64,000 bases of DNA from Chloroflexota bacterium (GCA_016215025.1 JACRMI010000010.1:12331-76330); one strand, 5' to 3'. Counted from the stretch's first letter, positions 18,170-27,949 are shown. Program-made: numbers and translations. The notes: a model not told the origin generated them from the letters alone.

Positions 18170-19282
18170 TTAATACTGAAATAACCCAAATTGTTTCAGA
18201 GCGGGAATTGCATACGTGACAAAGAGACTCGCGAGGATGATGTTGACCAGTCCGATGGGAACGAGCACTTTCCACGCAAAACCCATCAATTGATCGACAC
18301 GGAAGCGGGGCCACGTCATGCGAATCCACATGCCCAGGATGACGAGCGCGTACACTTTGATGATGAACCAGACGTAAGGCGGAAGGAATGGTCCTTGCCA
18401 TCCGCCCAAAAACAGCGTGACGGCGACACAGCAGACGAGGAAAAAGTTAAAATATTCGGCGACGTAGAAAAAGCCCCACTTGAGTCCGCTGTATTCGGTG
18501 TGGTATCCCGCAACAATTTCAGATTCAGCTTCGGGGAGATCGAACGGTGCGCGGACGACTTCCGCCAGCGCGCTGATATAGTAGATGACGAATGCAATCG
18601 GTCCGACCGGAATCGCGAAGATGTACCAACCCAAGCCACCGGCTCCACCTTGCGCTTCGACGATCTTGTTCAGCGACAGTGAGCCAGCCATTAGGGCGAT
18701 GACGGCAATCGTGAGGACTTGGGGGATTTCGTAACTGACAATTTGCGCCACCGCGCGCATACCGCCGAGAAGTGAGAACTTGTTGTTCGAGCCATAGCCC
18801 GCCATAAATGCGCCGATGGTTCCAATCGATGCGATGGCGACGATCCACAATAGTCCAATGTTCAAATCGACGGGAGCCATTCCTTTGCCCCAGGGAATCA
18901 CTGCGAAGGCGAGAACGGCGGGCGCAGCAGCAACCATCGGCGCAAGCAGATGCACCAAACGATCGGCATTCGTCGGAGTGATGTCTTCTTTGATGAACAT
19001 CTTGATCGTGTCGGCGACGGGTTGCAGCAAACCCCAAGGTCCAACGCGATTCGGACCGACGCGATCTTGAACGCGCGCCGCTACCTTACGCTCAAGCCAA
19101 ATCATGACGAGCACCATGAGCACTAGCCACAAAAGCAAAACGACGACGACGATGATCGTCATGATTGCGGCGACAATCGCGTTCTCTGCGTCCTTGACCA
19201 GATTGAGGCCGGACAAGAGCGCATGCAGTGAACCCGCAAGCCAATCGTACAAATTCGGGAACAGATTGTAGATGAATTCCAT
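18170..19282 (-). CDS. nuoH: NADH-quinone oxidoreductase subunit H
   Basis: NuoH/ND1 family. The start is trimmed to the ATG at 19282 (MEFIYNLF), so that the TAGTC palindrome lies between the genes. Confidence 0.9.
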   Translation of the reverse strand: MEFIYNLFPNLYDWLAGSLHALLSGLNLVKDAENAIVAAIMTIIVVVVLLLWLVLMVLVMIWLERKVAARVQDRVGPNRVGPWGLLQPVADTIKMFIKEDITPTNADRLVHLLAPMVAAAPAVLAFAVIPWGKGMAPVDLNIGLLWIVAIASIGTIGAFMAGYGSNNKFSLLGGMRAVAQIVSYEIPQVLTIAVIALMAGSLSLNKIVEAQGGAGGLGWYIFAIPVGPIAFVIYYISALAEVVRAPFDLPEAESEIVAGYHTEYSGLKWGFFYVAEYFNFFLVCCVAVTLFLGGWQGPFLPPYVWFIIKVYALVILGMWIRMTWPRFRVDQLMGFAWKVLVPIGLVNIILASLFVTYAIPALKQFGLFQY

Positions 19283-19285
19283 ATC

Positions 19286-19350
19286 TAGTCCTGTAATCAA
19301 ATAGTCATCTAGTCGGATAGCCAAGCGAGGATCAAGTGACTATCAGACAA
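19286..19350. repeat. Simple-repeat palindrome, TAGTC family
   Basis: CTAGTCCTGTAATCAAATAGTCATCTAGTCGGATAG...GTGACTATCAGAC. The 18-mer CAAATAGTCATCTAGTCG recurs at 48705. Confidence 0.8.
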
Positions 19351-19367
19351 CGCGACCATACGATCAA

Positions 19368-19787
19368 TTAAACCCACTTTAGCTGATCCTTGCGCCAAGC
19401 ATAGACCAATGCCACGACGAGGATGGCGAGGAAAATGACCATCTCTACAAGCGCGAAAATTCCGAGCGCATTGTAAGCGACGGCCCATGGGTACAGGAAA
19501 ATGACTTCGACGTCAAAGACGACGAAGATCAACGCGTAGATGTAATACTGGACGCGGAACCTGACCCAGACTTGTTGTGCTGCTTCGGGAAAATCTTCAA
19601 ACTCGAGGCCACATTCATACGTGGAGAGTTTGGATTTGTTCGGCTTTTTCGGATGGACGAGCCATGACATGAATAAGCCGATTGGGGGAAATAGTGCTGC
19701 AACCAGAGCAAAGAGGGCAACTATGCCATATCGATCAAGCACGTTGGCTACTCCTTTGTAGAAAGATTGGGCTTGAGTCGAACACAA
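19368..19787 (-). CDS. nuoA: NADH-quinone oxidoreductase subunit A
   Basis: NuoA/ND3 family (ECGLEFEDF...). It is followed directly by nuoH, with no nuoB-G in between. Confidence 0.85.
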   Translation of the reverse strand: MCSTQAQSFYKGVANVLDRYGIVALFALVAALFPPIGLFMSWLVHPKKPNKSKLSTYECGLEFEDFPEAAQQVWVRFRVQYYIYALIFVVFDVEVIFLYPWAVAYNALGIFALVEMVIFLAILVVALVYAWRKDQLKWV

Positions 19788-19935
19788 ACATTATATCACA
19801 CTCGTTGTGTTTTGACAAAATTTTCGCGCCCGAAGCATTATATCCATTCCGATTTGAAATGCAAGAGCAACGCGCTTTGGAAAACATGCGTCCTCCGAAA
19901 TTTCATCTAGCGCCGCGCTGTGTTATAATCGGCGC

Positions 19936-20952
19936 GTGAATACTCAACCAAGCATCATCGACCAACCCGACGCGCGCACGTGGAACGATTTTATCGCATC
20001 GCAACGCGGTCACATTTTGCAATCCGCCGAGTGGGGCGAACTCAAATCTCAATTCGGCTGGAGCGTCCAGCGATTCATTTTGACGCGCGCTGAAAAAATG
20101 ATGGCGGGCGCGCAAATTCTTTTCCGATCTATGCCGCTTGGCTTGCGCTTGGCATACATCCCGCGCGGTCCCGTGGTCGATTTCAACGATAATAACACCG
20201 TCAGTCAACTTTTCGATGCGACCTTCCGAATTGCAAAATCGCGCGGCGCATTCGCGTTGAAACTCGAACCGAATGTGCTTGCGACGACCAAATTGCAACT
20301 TGAAACGTGCAACCTGCAACCTGCTTCGAGTATCCAACCGCGTACGACTATTCATCTCGATCTCACGCGCAACCTTGATACGATTCTCGCGCAGATGAAA
20401 CCCAAGTGGCGCTACAACATTCGACTCGCGGATCGCAAAGGCATTGTCGTGCGCCCAGGCAGCCGCGATGACGTATCGACTTTTTATCACTTGATGCAAA
20501 TCACGAGCGAACGTGACAAGTTTGCTGTCCACTCGATGGATTATTATAGCACGGCCTTTGATCTTTTTACCGCACGCGACTATGCGCGCCTTTTCGTCGC
20601 CGAATACGAGCATGAGCCACTCGCAATGATTTTTGTGACGGCGTTCGGCGGCGAAGCCATTTATCTTTACGGCGCATCGTCGAACGCGCATCGCGAGCGT
20701 ATGCCCAATCATGCCTTGCATTGGTCGGCGATTCAATGGGCGAAGGAGCGTGGCTGTGTGCGTTATGACTTGTGGGGGCTGGGTGCAACCACAGACGCAG
20801 ATGCGCAAACGGCACATGGTCTCTATCAATTCAAGCAGGGCTTTGGGGGAGAGATGGTGCAATACATAGGCGGATATGATGCAGTTTTTTCACGTTGGCG
20901 ATATAAAGTATATCGCCAAGCACTATCATGGCGACGTGGAATGTTAGGATAA
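19936..20952 (+). CDS. FemAB-family peptidoglycan aminoacyl (interpeptide bridge) transferase
   Basis: 338 aa, FemAB/GNAT-like signature region (KPKWRYNIR...AIYLYGASS...HWSAIQWAKERG). GTG start. A TATAAT lies 7 nt upstream, so the mRNA may be leaderless. Confidence 0.7.
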   Translation: MNTQPSIIDQPDARTWNDFIASQRGHILQSAEWGELKSQFGWSVQRFILTRAEKMMAGAQILFRSMPLGLRLAYIPRGPVVDFNDNNTVSQLFDATFRIAKSRGAFALKLEPNVLATTKLQLETCNLQPASSIQPRTTIHLDLTRNLDTILAQMKPKWRYNIRLADRKGIVVRPGSRDDVSTFYHLMQITSERDKFAVHSMDYYSTAFDLFTARDYARLFVAEYEHEPLAMIFVTAFGGEAIYLYGASSNAHRERMPNHALHWSAIQWAKERGCVRYDLWGLGATTDADAQTAHGLYQFKQGFGGEMVQYIGGYDAVFSRWRYKVYRQALSWRRGMLG

Positions 20953-20955
20953 GAT

Positions 20956-21000
20956 AAAAACCTTCGAGGATCAAAGCCGAACCTCGAAGGTTTTGTTTTT
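20956..21000 (+). terminator. Rho-independent terminator
   Basis: AAAAACCTTCGAGG...CCTCGAAGGTTTTGTTTTT, directly after the FemAB stop. Confidence 0.7.
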
Positions 21001-21130
21001 GGGCAGGCGTATCCGTCACAAAAAATATGACAGCATGCTCAGCCCCAGTCCTATCTGGCTTTCCTAGTTTGCCCTATAGGATGTATCACCACTCTGGCAT
21101 ATCCTGAAACAGATATCGAGTTTAATCTTA

Positions 21131-23062
21131 ATGGGAACATTTACGAGTTGGTTCATTCAGATGGTGACTAAAAAATTCAAATTCCTAATCATTGCAAGTG
21201 TGTCAGCGTTAATCATGACCACATTATCTAATCAGCCAGTCCAAGCCAATCAAAATTCCTTACCAAGTGAATCTAATAAATCGGTGTTGACAGTTCCACC
21301 GGATGCACTACCGATCTACTCCTCATTCGACTTTATGAGTGGGTACCTGACCAATCGTACTTCGCCCATCATTGTCGAAGGCAAGCCCTGGAGCTTTGGT
21401 TCGACCAACATCTTTCAATTGCAGCAACCTGGCGAAGGAACATCTTATTGGGATTATTGGACTGCAACCGAAAGCTGGGGTTCTCCGAATCACCTGTGGT
21501 TTGATGACCAGGGAAAATCGCATACCTACAAAACTGAGAAAGTCAAAGACGCATTGGGGAATTTATACACGGGCTATGTTTTGTTCGAAAAGAATGGTCC
21601 CGGTGTCATGGACAAACTTTGGTTTACCCAGGATTGCACCACTTCATTTCTCAGTGTTCTGCCGGCGCAAAATCCACTAAGTTTCTTGATGGTCTTTGAT
21701 CCGCCAGAATTGATGGAATGGGGCAACCTGGCTCAAATCGGTAATCTACGGATAGAAGTTGATAAGCGAATTGTCTTTGATGGTCCAGTCCAAAGCTGGT
21801 TTGAAGGTGATGCGCAAAATCTCGAGGACCCATTGAAAGACCTTGTCGTGTGGCGGTACCGTCAATTCGGTTCGAACGGCAACATTATTCCCATCACCTA
21901 CCAAAATCACATCAAGGTTACCGTCTATGGTGGGACCGCTAAACCCAAGTGGTTCATGGCGACTGGGATGACCTTGCCTGCGAATTCTTTGGTACGCTCT
22001 TACACTGGTAGTGCCGATGATCTCCCCATGGATGAAATGACGCGTCTAGTGGATACGGTTCTCAAGCCAGAAAATCACATCGACACGTTGGAAAGTCAGA
22101 GTTATTCGTTGACCGTTCAGCCCAGCATTGCATCGACTATTTCTTTCGATGGCTCGGGTACCGTTCAAGCGATGCAATTCCGATTGGCAAAGCAATATGA
22201 TCCGCGCCGCTTATGGCTCCGCGTCACGTATGGAAATGATATCGGAATCGATCTGCCGCTTCTCGCATTTTTCAGCGAGCCAGACCAAATCTCACTTCAT
22301 CATTCAACCCCGATTGGCTTGCTCGACGTTGGCGACGCGTACCAATTTTACAGCAACTTGCCCTTGCCCTTTCAAAATGGGATTCAAATTCAATTGCTCA
22401 CCGATAGCCCATTCGCAATTCCGATGCAGGCGCAGGTAGCGGTTACGACCGCGGAGAACTTGAATACGCAGCTCCGCGTTCTATACAAGCCAGTCGAAAA
22501 GCTTCAAGTGTTTGGTCCGAATTATATGGTCGATATTCCTGGGAATGGCAAAATCGTGGGGCTAGTGCTCGTGACCAAAGATCAAAAGTTTGATGACGTT
22601 CCGACGTACATGGATAAAAACACCGGGCAACAAGCGAGCGACAAAACCAAATGGCCCATGGGCTATCTCGAAGGAAACTTGACCATCTCCGACGGTGAGG
22701 GGAATCGACGTTTTTATAGCGGGCAAGAAGACTGGGCGGAAGGCGGATACTATTTCAATTCCAATTACACGCTGCCATCCGGTGGTTCCAATCGTCCCTT
22801 TGGCGGAATACTGCGATACAAAGGTGGCAAGGATGGCTATGCAACGTTGTTCCGCTATTTCAACGATCTGTCGGCGTTTCGTTTCAAGAATAGCGTGCAT
22901 CTTGCGTTTCAGCATGGAACTTGGAATAACAATTTTCCAGTTAGCTATGGCATAACGGTTTTCTATTATTCCAAAGTTCCCGGATTCGACACCACAATAT
23001 TACCTGCATCGCAATACATTCCGATCCAGTCGCCTGCGATGACCAGAAAAATAGAGCAATAA
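21131..23062 (+). CDS. Secreted protein of unknown function (signal peptide; beta-rich); AT-richer than surroundings
   Basis: 643-aa ORF. The N-terminus KKFKFLIIASVSALIMTTLSNQPVQA is signal-like. No family is confidently recognised. Confidence 0.5.
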   Translation: MGTFTSWFIQMVTKKFKFLIIASVSALIMTTLSNQPVQANQNSLPSESNKSVLTVPPDALPIYSSFDFMSGYLTNRTSPIIVEGKPWSFGSTNIFQLQQPGEGTSYWDYWTATESWGSPNHLWFDDQGKSHTYKTEKVKDALGNLYTGYVLFEKNGPGVMDKLWFTQDCTTSFLSVLPAQNPLSFLMVFDPPELMEWGNLAQIGNLRIEVDKRIVFDGPVQSWFEGDAQNLEDPLKDLVVWRYRQFGSNGNIIPITYQNHIKVTVYGGTAKPKWFMATGMTLPANSLVRSYTGSADDLPMDEMTRLVDTVLKPENHIDTLESQSYSLTVQPSIASTISFDGSGTVQAMQFRLAKQYDPRRLWLRVTYGNDIGIDLPLLAFFSEPDQISLHHSTPIGLLDVGDAYQFYSNLPLPFQNGIQIQLLTDSPFAIPMQAQVAVTTAENLNTQLRVLYKPVEKLQVFGPNYMVDIPGNGKIVGLVLVTKDQKFDDVPTYMDKNTGQQASDKTKWPMGYLEGNLTISDGEGNRRFYSGQEDWAEGGYYFNSNYTLPSGGSNRPFGGILRYKGGKDGYATLFRYFNDLSAFRFKNSVHLAFQHGTWNNNFPVSYGITVFYYSKVPGFDTTILPASQYIPIQSPAMTRKIEQ

Positions 23063-23169
23063 AGCAACTGTTTAGCGAGGAATGCTAAGTTTTCGTTATA
23101 GTACTGTAGGTTGATTTGTCGATTTCGTTAATTTGACATTAAAGAGAAGCGATGACATAATCCGCCGCG

Positions 23170-24483
23170 TTGAAGCCACATTTTCTCCTTCGGCGGTTGG
23201 CTGCATCGCTTTTCCTCTTTTGCTCGCTCATTCTACTCATCTCCAGTCGTCCGCTACCCTCAGACCTTGACGGTATTCCGTTATCTGTTACTCCGAGCGC
23301 TACCATTGCGCCCTCTTGGATTGAATCCAAGCAGGCAAATGAGTCAATGGTCGCCAGCGCTAGTTCATCGCGCCCTGTCATCGTGACGGCGCGTGCAAGC
23401 AAAGTGTCTCAGCTTGTTGGCGATATTGATTTTGAACGAAAGCAGCCCACGCTAAATCTGACCACAAGTCGATACAAATTACTCGCGACCGATCTTGGCA
23501 TTCCCTTTTGGCACAAAGACCGCACCTATCTTCTCTTTGGTGATTCGCATGGCGGCGGCAGTGGCGATGCAATTGGCTATACGTTTGATGCGATCGCAGA
23601 CAAAGATCTTCGGCTCGATTTCATTCACGATAGTACGGGAACTTATCAGCCGCTAACCATTCCCGGAATCCAGCTCGGCGATTATGAAGTGCCGACAGAA
23701 GGCGTCAGTGTCGATGGTCGCATGTACGTTTACGCGACAACCGATTCAATTCATGGCGAAGGTTGGGCAGTCATGGGGCGGTCGGTGCTCGCTGTGTCTG
23801 ACGACGATGGACAATCGTTCAAGTCCATCTACGATCTTTCGAAAGAGACCTTTATCAATGTTTCGATCGAGCAAGTCAATTCAGCCGATTGGAAGGGGTT
23901 ACCTGTCAAATCTGAGGACGGCTTGGTCATCTTTGGTTCGGGAAAATATCGCAAGAGTAATGTCTATCTCGCTTTTCAATCCGCAAAAGATATCGAGTAT
24001 TCGCCCGCGATTCGATATTGGTCCGGTCTCGATTCCGCCGGACAACCGATGTGGAGCACCTTTGAAAATAAATCGCAGCCGTTGTTCGATCAGCCATGTG
24101 TCGGCGAATTCTCGGTGACGTACAATCGCTTTATCGATAAATGGATCATGCTCTACAATTGCGACCTGCCGAATTTGCGCGGCATCATTCTGCGGACGGC
24201 CGACCAACCCTGGGGTCCATGGTCGTCAGCGCAAATTATTTTTCATCCTTGGGACGACCAGGGCTATTGCCATTTTATGCATGCCAGTTGGCTCTTCCGC
24301 CAATGCGATCAAGTGAATGATCCGGTGAGAGAAAATGTTTGGGGCGGTGAGTATGGTCCTTATCAATTTAGCAACTTTGCCACCGGCGACTCGTCGTCCA
24401 CGATGATTTATTTTACAATGTCGACGTGGAATCCATACACGGTCGTCTTAATGAAAGCAGAGTTAGGGCTAACAGCGGATTAG
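23170..24483 (+). CDS. Secreted protein, possible glycosidase/sialidase-like beta-propeller fold (unverified)
   Basis: 437 aa. Non-ATG (TTG) start, so the start is uncertain. N-terminal hydrophobic signal, then LLFGDSHGGGSGDAIGYTFD. Confidence 0.45.
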   Translation: MKPHFLLRRLAASLFLFCSLILLISSRPLPSDLDGIPLSVTPSATIAPSWIESKQANESMVASASSSRPVIVTARASKVSQLVGDIDFERKQPTLNLTTSRYKLLATDLGIPFWHKDRTYLLFGDSHGGGSGDAIGYTFDAIADKDLRLDFIHDSTGTYQPLTIPGIQLGDYEVPTEGVSVDGRMYVYATTDSIHGEGWAVMGRSVLAVSDDDGQSFKSIYDLSKETFINVSIEQVNSADWKGLPVKSEDGLVIFGSGKYRKSNVYLAFQSAKDIEYSPAIRYWSGLDSAGQPMWSTFENKSQPLFDQPCVGEFSVTYNRFIDKWIMLYNCDLPNLRGIILRTADQPWGPWSSAQIIFHPWDDQGYCHFMHASWLFRQCDQVNDPVRENVWGGEYGPYQFSNFATGDSSSTMIYFTMSTWNPYTVVLMKAELGLTAD

Positions 24484-24517
24484 CAACGGTTCGCTTGCTG
24501 TTCGAAATCGTTCTAAC

Positions 24518-25543
24518 TTAATCTAACTCCGACCTTGCTGCGCGCGTCATCAAGTCCATCACGGCTTGGCGCGGCTCTTTGTTTTCATACGCCACTGCGT
24601 ACACTTGTTCCGTAATCGGCAATTCGATGCCGAGTGGCTGCGCCATTTGTAATGCGGCCTTCGCCGTCGGCACACCCTCTGCGACCATCTTCATCGATGC
24701 TTTGATCGCTTCGATATTTTCTCCGCGCGCTAATCTCTCTCCGACTTGATGATTTCGTGAATGCGGACTTGCGCACGTTGCAATCAAGTCTCCCATCCCC
24801 GCCAGTCCTGCCAACGTCAACGGATTTGCTCCGGCGGCAACTGCCAGTCGCGTCATTTCCGCTAAGCCGCGAGTCAGTACCGTCGCTTTGGTGTTGTCGC
24901 CGAAACCGAAACCATCGACCGCACCAGCCGCAATCGCGATAATATTTTTCAGCGCGCCGCCTAGCTCGACGCCAACCACATCGTCATGCGTGTAAAGCCG
25001 AAAGCGCGGCGTCATGACAATTTCCTGCACCTTGCGCGCAACGTCAATTCCGTCCGCTGCAACGACCCCAGCCGCAGGCAAGCCATTTGCAATTTCGCGA
25101 TGCAGATGCGGACCCGACATCACCGCGATTTTGTCGGCGTGCGATGGCAACTCCTCCGCGATGACTTGCGACATTCGTCGGGTCGTCCCAATCTCCAAGC
25201 CCTTTGAGCAACTCAATACGATTGCGTCGCGCGGCAAAAATTCGCGGACGTGAGAAAGGTTCTCGCGCAGCGTTTGCGCTGGCACGACAATCAGCGCAAG
25301 TTTGCATTCATCGAGTGCCTGGTCGAGCGCGTGCGTGACGGACAGCCCTGGCGGAAATTTCAAGCCAGGCACAAAGTCACGATTCTCGCGCTCGGTCTGC
25401 AATCGTGCAGCTTGTTCCTCTGTGTGTGACCACAACGAAACGCGTAATCCTTTTTGCGATAGCAGCACCGCCAGCGTTGTGCCCCACGATCCCGTGCCGA
25501 TGACGGCAATGCACGGCAAATCGGATAAATTGGGTGAAATCAA
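24518..25543 (-). CDS. gpsA: NAD(P)H-dependent glycerol-3-phosphate dehydrogenase
   Basis: IAVIGTGSWGTTLAVLL Rossmann motif and overall GpsA architecture. Confidence 0.9.
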   Translation of the reverse strand: MISPNLSDLPCIAVIGTGSWGTTLAVLLSQKGLRVSLWSHTEEQAARLQTERENRDFVPGLKFPPGLSVTHALDQALDECKLALIVVPAQTLRENLSHVREFLPRDAIVLSCSKGLEIGTTRRMSQVIAEELPSHADKIAVMSGPHLHREIANGLPAAGVVAADGIDVARKVQEIVMTPRFRLYTHDDVVGVELGGALKNIIAIAAGAVDGFGFGDNTKATVLTRGLAEMTRLAVAAGANPLTLAGLAGMGDLIATCASPHSRNHQVGERLARGENIEAIKASMKMVAEGVPTAKAALQMAQPLGIELPITEQVYAVAYENKEPRQAVMDLMTRAARSELD

Positions 25544-25736
25544 GGGTCATCCACCTTCTAGAATGGATTGTTCATCCACCAGTAACAACACTGTAAGCCC
25601 TACGACGATATGGTCGATTATGCCCGCCGTCACACTGTACTCCTCAGGACGTTTTTAGACTTGGACAAATAATCGTGCTATATTTGTTGCCTGAAAATGA
25701 TAATGACTAGGATTCGTTTCTCTTCAGGAGAATGAA

Positions 25737-27068
25737 ATGGATTTACTCTACACCTTGATTGGTCGATCCGCAGATGTGGCTGCAATTCATAAACTGGCTG
25801 GACGCGGGCACTCGGTTTCCGTCGTCGGCGTCAGTAATATCGGCAAGTCGGCTTTGCTGCGCCGCTTGTGTCAGAATGCGCCGAATGGAACCTTCGTCTA
25901 TGTCGATTGCAACCAGATGGGCGAGCGTTCGGCGCGCGCGTTCTTTACTTCGATCTGGTTTGCGATTTTGCAACTCATTCAAGCGCGTTCGTTATCGAAT
26001 GAGATCAAAGCGCGCGCGGCTGCACTCTACGATGAAATCATTCATGCAAGCAACACCGAATTTGTCACGCCGCAATTCGACGAGGGTTTTACGCTCGCGA
26101 TGGCAAACTTACCGCGTCCACTCGTCCTCTGCTTTGATGAATTTGACGAAGCCTACAAGCACCTCGAGCCGCAAACGTTTCTCAACTTGCGCGCGCTCAA
26201 AGATCGCTATGGCGAGGCGCTTGCCTATGTTGTGGCGACGGAACGCGAAATCACGCGGCTGCCTGCTACGCGCGAGCAAGGTGAATTTCTCGAATTGATT
26301 GCATCACACGTTCACTTTATGCATTTTATGGAACCTGCCGATACGCGTGTTTTTTGCAATCAATTTGCCGCCCAAGAAGGCGTGACGTTTAGCGAATCTG
26401 ATCTCGCATTTATTATCGACAATGCCGATGGTCATCCCGGTTTGGCGCAAGCTGTGTGTTGCGCGCTCGGTGCGGTGACGGGCGCGCCCAAGCGCGACAA
26501 AGACCAAGACCGCGTCATACACCAGATGGTGCAGTTGAATTTGACGACGGATTCCAACGTGCGTTCCGAGTGTGAAAAGGTATGGGATGATCTCGATCAA
26601 GATGAGCGCGAGGCGCTTCAAGTGTTGCACCCGACGAGCGATCAAGCCCAAATTGCGCAACGCAGTCTGCGCCACAAGTTTATCATTCGCGAGAGCAAAG
26701 ACGAAGTGATTATTTTCTCACGGCTCTTTGCCGAATTTATCCGCCAGCAAAAAATCAAACAGCAGCCCAGCGCCGGCGGCGTGTTTATCGACGTTGGCTC
26801 TGAGCGGGTTTGGGTCGATGGCAAAGAGATTGAAGGTCTGACGGATTTGGAATATCGCTTGCTGTTGTTTTTCTACGGTCGCATCGATCACGTTTGCGAC
26901 AAGTACAAAATCGTCGAATCGGTGTGGGGCGAAGATTACATTGACAAAGTCGACGACGCGCGCATAGAAAAACTCGTCAGCCGTGTGCGCCAAAAAATCG
27001 AACCGGACGCGACCAAGCCAAGATACTTGATTAGTGTGCGAGGACGGGGATACAAACTCGTCCGATAG
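25737..27068 (+). CDS. STAND/AAA-type ATPase (paralog 3) fused to a C-terminal OmpR/PhoB-type winged-helix DNA-binding domain
   Basis: Walker A GVSNIGKS, Walker B LVLCFDEFDE. The C-terminus (VWVDGKEIEGLTDLEYRLLLFF...ISVRGRGYKLV) matches the trans_reg_C signature. Confidence 0.75.
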   Translation: MDLLYTLIGRSADVAAIHKLAGRGHSVSVVGVSNIGKSALLRRLCQNAPNGTFVYVDCNQMGERSARAFFTSIWFAILQLIQARSLSNEIKARAAALYDEIIHASNTEFVTPQFDEGFTLAMANLPRPLVLCFDEFDEAYKHLEPQTFLNLRALKDRYGEALAYVVATEREITRLPATREQGEFLELIASHVHFMHFMEPADTRVFCNQFAAQEGVTFSESDLAFIIDNADGHPGLAQAVCCALGAVTGAPKRDKDQDRVIHQMVQLNLTTDSNVRSECEKVWDDLDQDEREALQVLHPTSDQAQIAQRSLRHKFIIRESKDEVIIFSRLFAEFIRQQKIKQQPSAGGVFIDVGSERVWVDGKEIEGLTDLEYRLLLFFYGRIDHVCDKYKIVESVWGEDYIDKVDDARIEKLVSRVRQKIEPDATKPRYLISVRGRGYKLVR

Positions 27069-27140
27069 TCTTGAAGTCAAATAGTCTTGTGATCAATTCG
27101 TCCGGCTATGAGACTATTTGATTATCAGACTACGAGACTG
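27062..27140. repeat. Simple-repeat palindrome, TAGTCT/AGACTA variant
   Basis: TAGTCTTGAAGTCAAATAGTCTTG...GAGACTATTTGATTATCAGACTACGAGACT. Confidence 0.75.
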
Positions 27141-27263
27141 GAACCGTCAGCCGGTTGTCAGGATTTTCAATTCATCAAGTGCTAGAATGCGCTCAGATTA
27201 ATCGATGACGATAAACGCACGTCACACGACACGCGCCACTCGTCACATTTTGAGGAGGACCCA

Positions 27264-27941
27264 ATGGCAAATCTATTAGAAAAAGTTCAAACCTTGATCG
27301 CGGCAAATTTGCACGCCTTGCTCGATCAGGCACTCAAAGCCAATTCGCTCGCCGTAATCGACGAGTACATTCGTCAGGTCGAGAACAATCTTGAAGACCT
27401 CGAAGATGCTACGGCGACGATTGGCGGCGAAGCGAAAACGCTCAAGCGCAAGTACGACGATTTTTCGTCCAAAGCCGCCGAGCTAGACCGCAACATCGAT
27501 TTGATGTTGAAAGAAGGCAAGGAAGAACTTGCGGTTGCGGCGCAGAGCAAACTGAACTCGACCGCGCGCTTGGCGGAAACGTACAAGCAGCAGTTCGATC
27601 GCCAGCAAAACGAGTATCAGAAATTGCTCGACGCGAAACTCAAGCTCGAAGCGAAATTGACGACGGTCAAGCAAGAGCGCGAAGAGATGCAGGCGCTGCT
27701 CGATCTCGCCAAATCGAAAGAACTCACCGCGCGCACGATGCAGTCGCTCGACAATTTGCTTGGCTCTGGCGATCAGGACATTGCCCGCATGGCGGAATCT
27801 ATTCGCGCCCGGCTCGACAAAGCGCAAGCGCGTTCCGAAATGCAAGCGTCGCGTCTCGACGTGCAGATGGACGAACTGCTCGAACGCCATACGCTCGATA
27901 CGCAGCTTGCAGAGCGCAAGAAGAAACTAGGCCTCGCGTAA
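27264..27941 (+). CDS. pspA: PspA/IM30 (phage-shock protein A / Vipp1 family)
   Basis: 225-aa all-coiled-coil protein. N-terminus MANLLEKVQTLIAANLHALLDQA is like the E. coli PspA N-terminal amphipathic helix. GAGGAGG RBS. Confidence 0.85.
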   Translation: MANLLEKVQTLIAANLHALLDQALKANSLAVIDEYIRQVENNLEDLEDATATIGGEAKTLKRKYDDFSSKAAELDRNIDLMLKEGKEELAVAAQSKLNSTARLAETYKQQFDRQQNEYQKLLDAKLKLEAKLTTVKQEREEMQALLDLAKSKELTARTMQSLDNLLGSGDQDIARMAESIRARLDKAQARSEMQASRLDVQMDELLERHTLDTQLAERKKKLGLA

Positions 27942-27949
27942 ACGCAGTA

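Noticed and set aside
19903-20862. 319-aa minus-strand ORF
   Set aside because: Antisense to the FemAB-family gene. It is Arg-rich and has no motifs.
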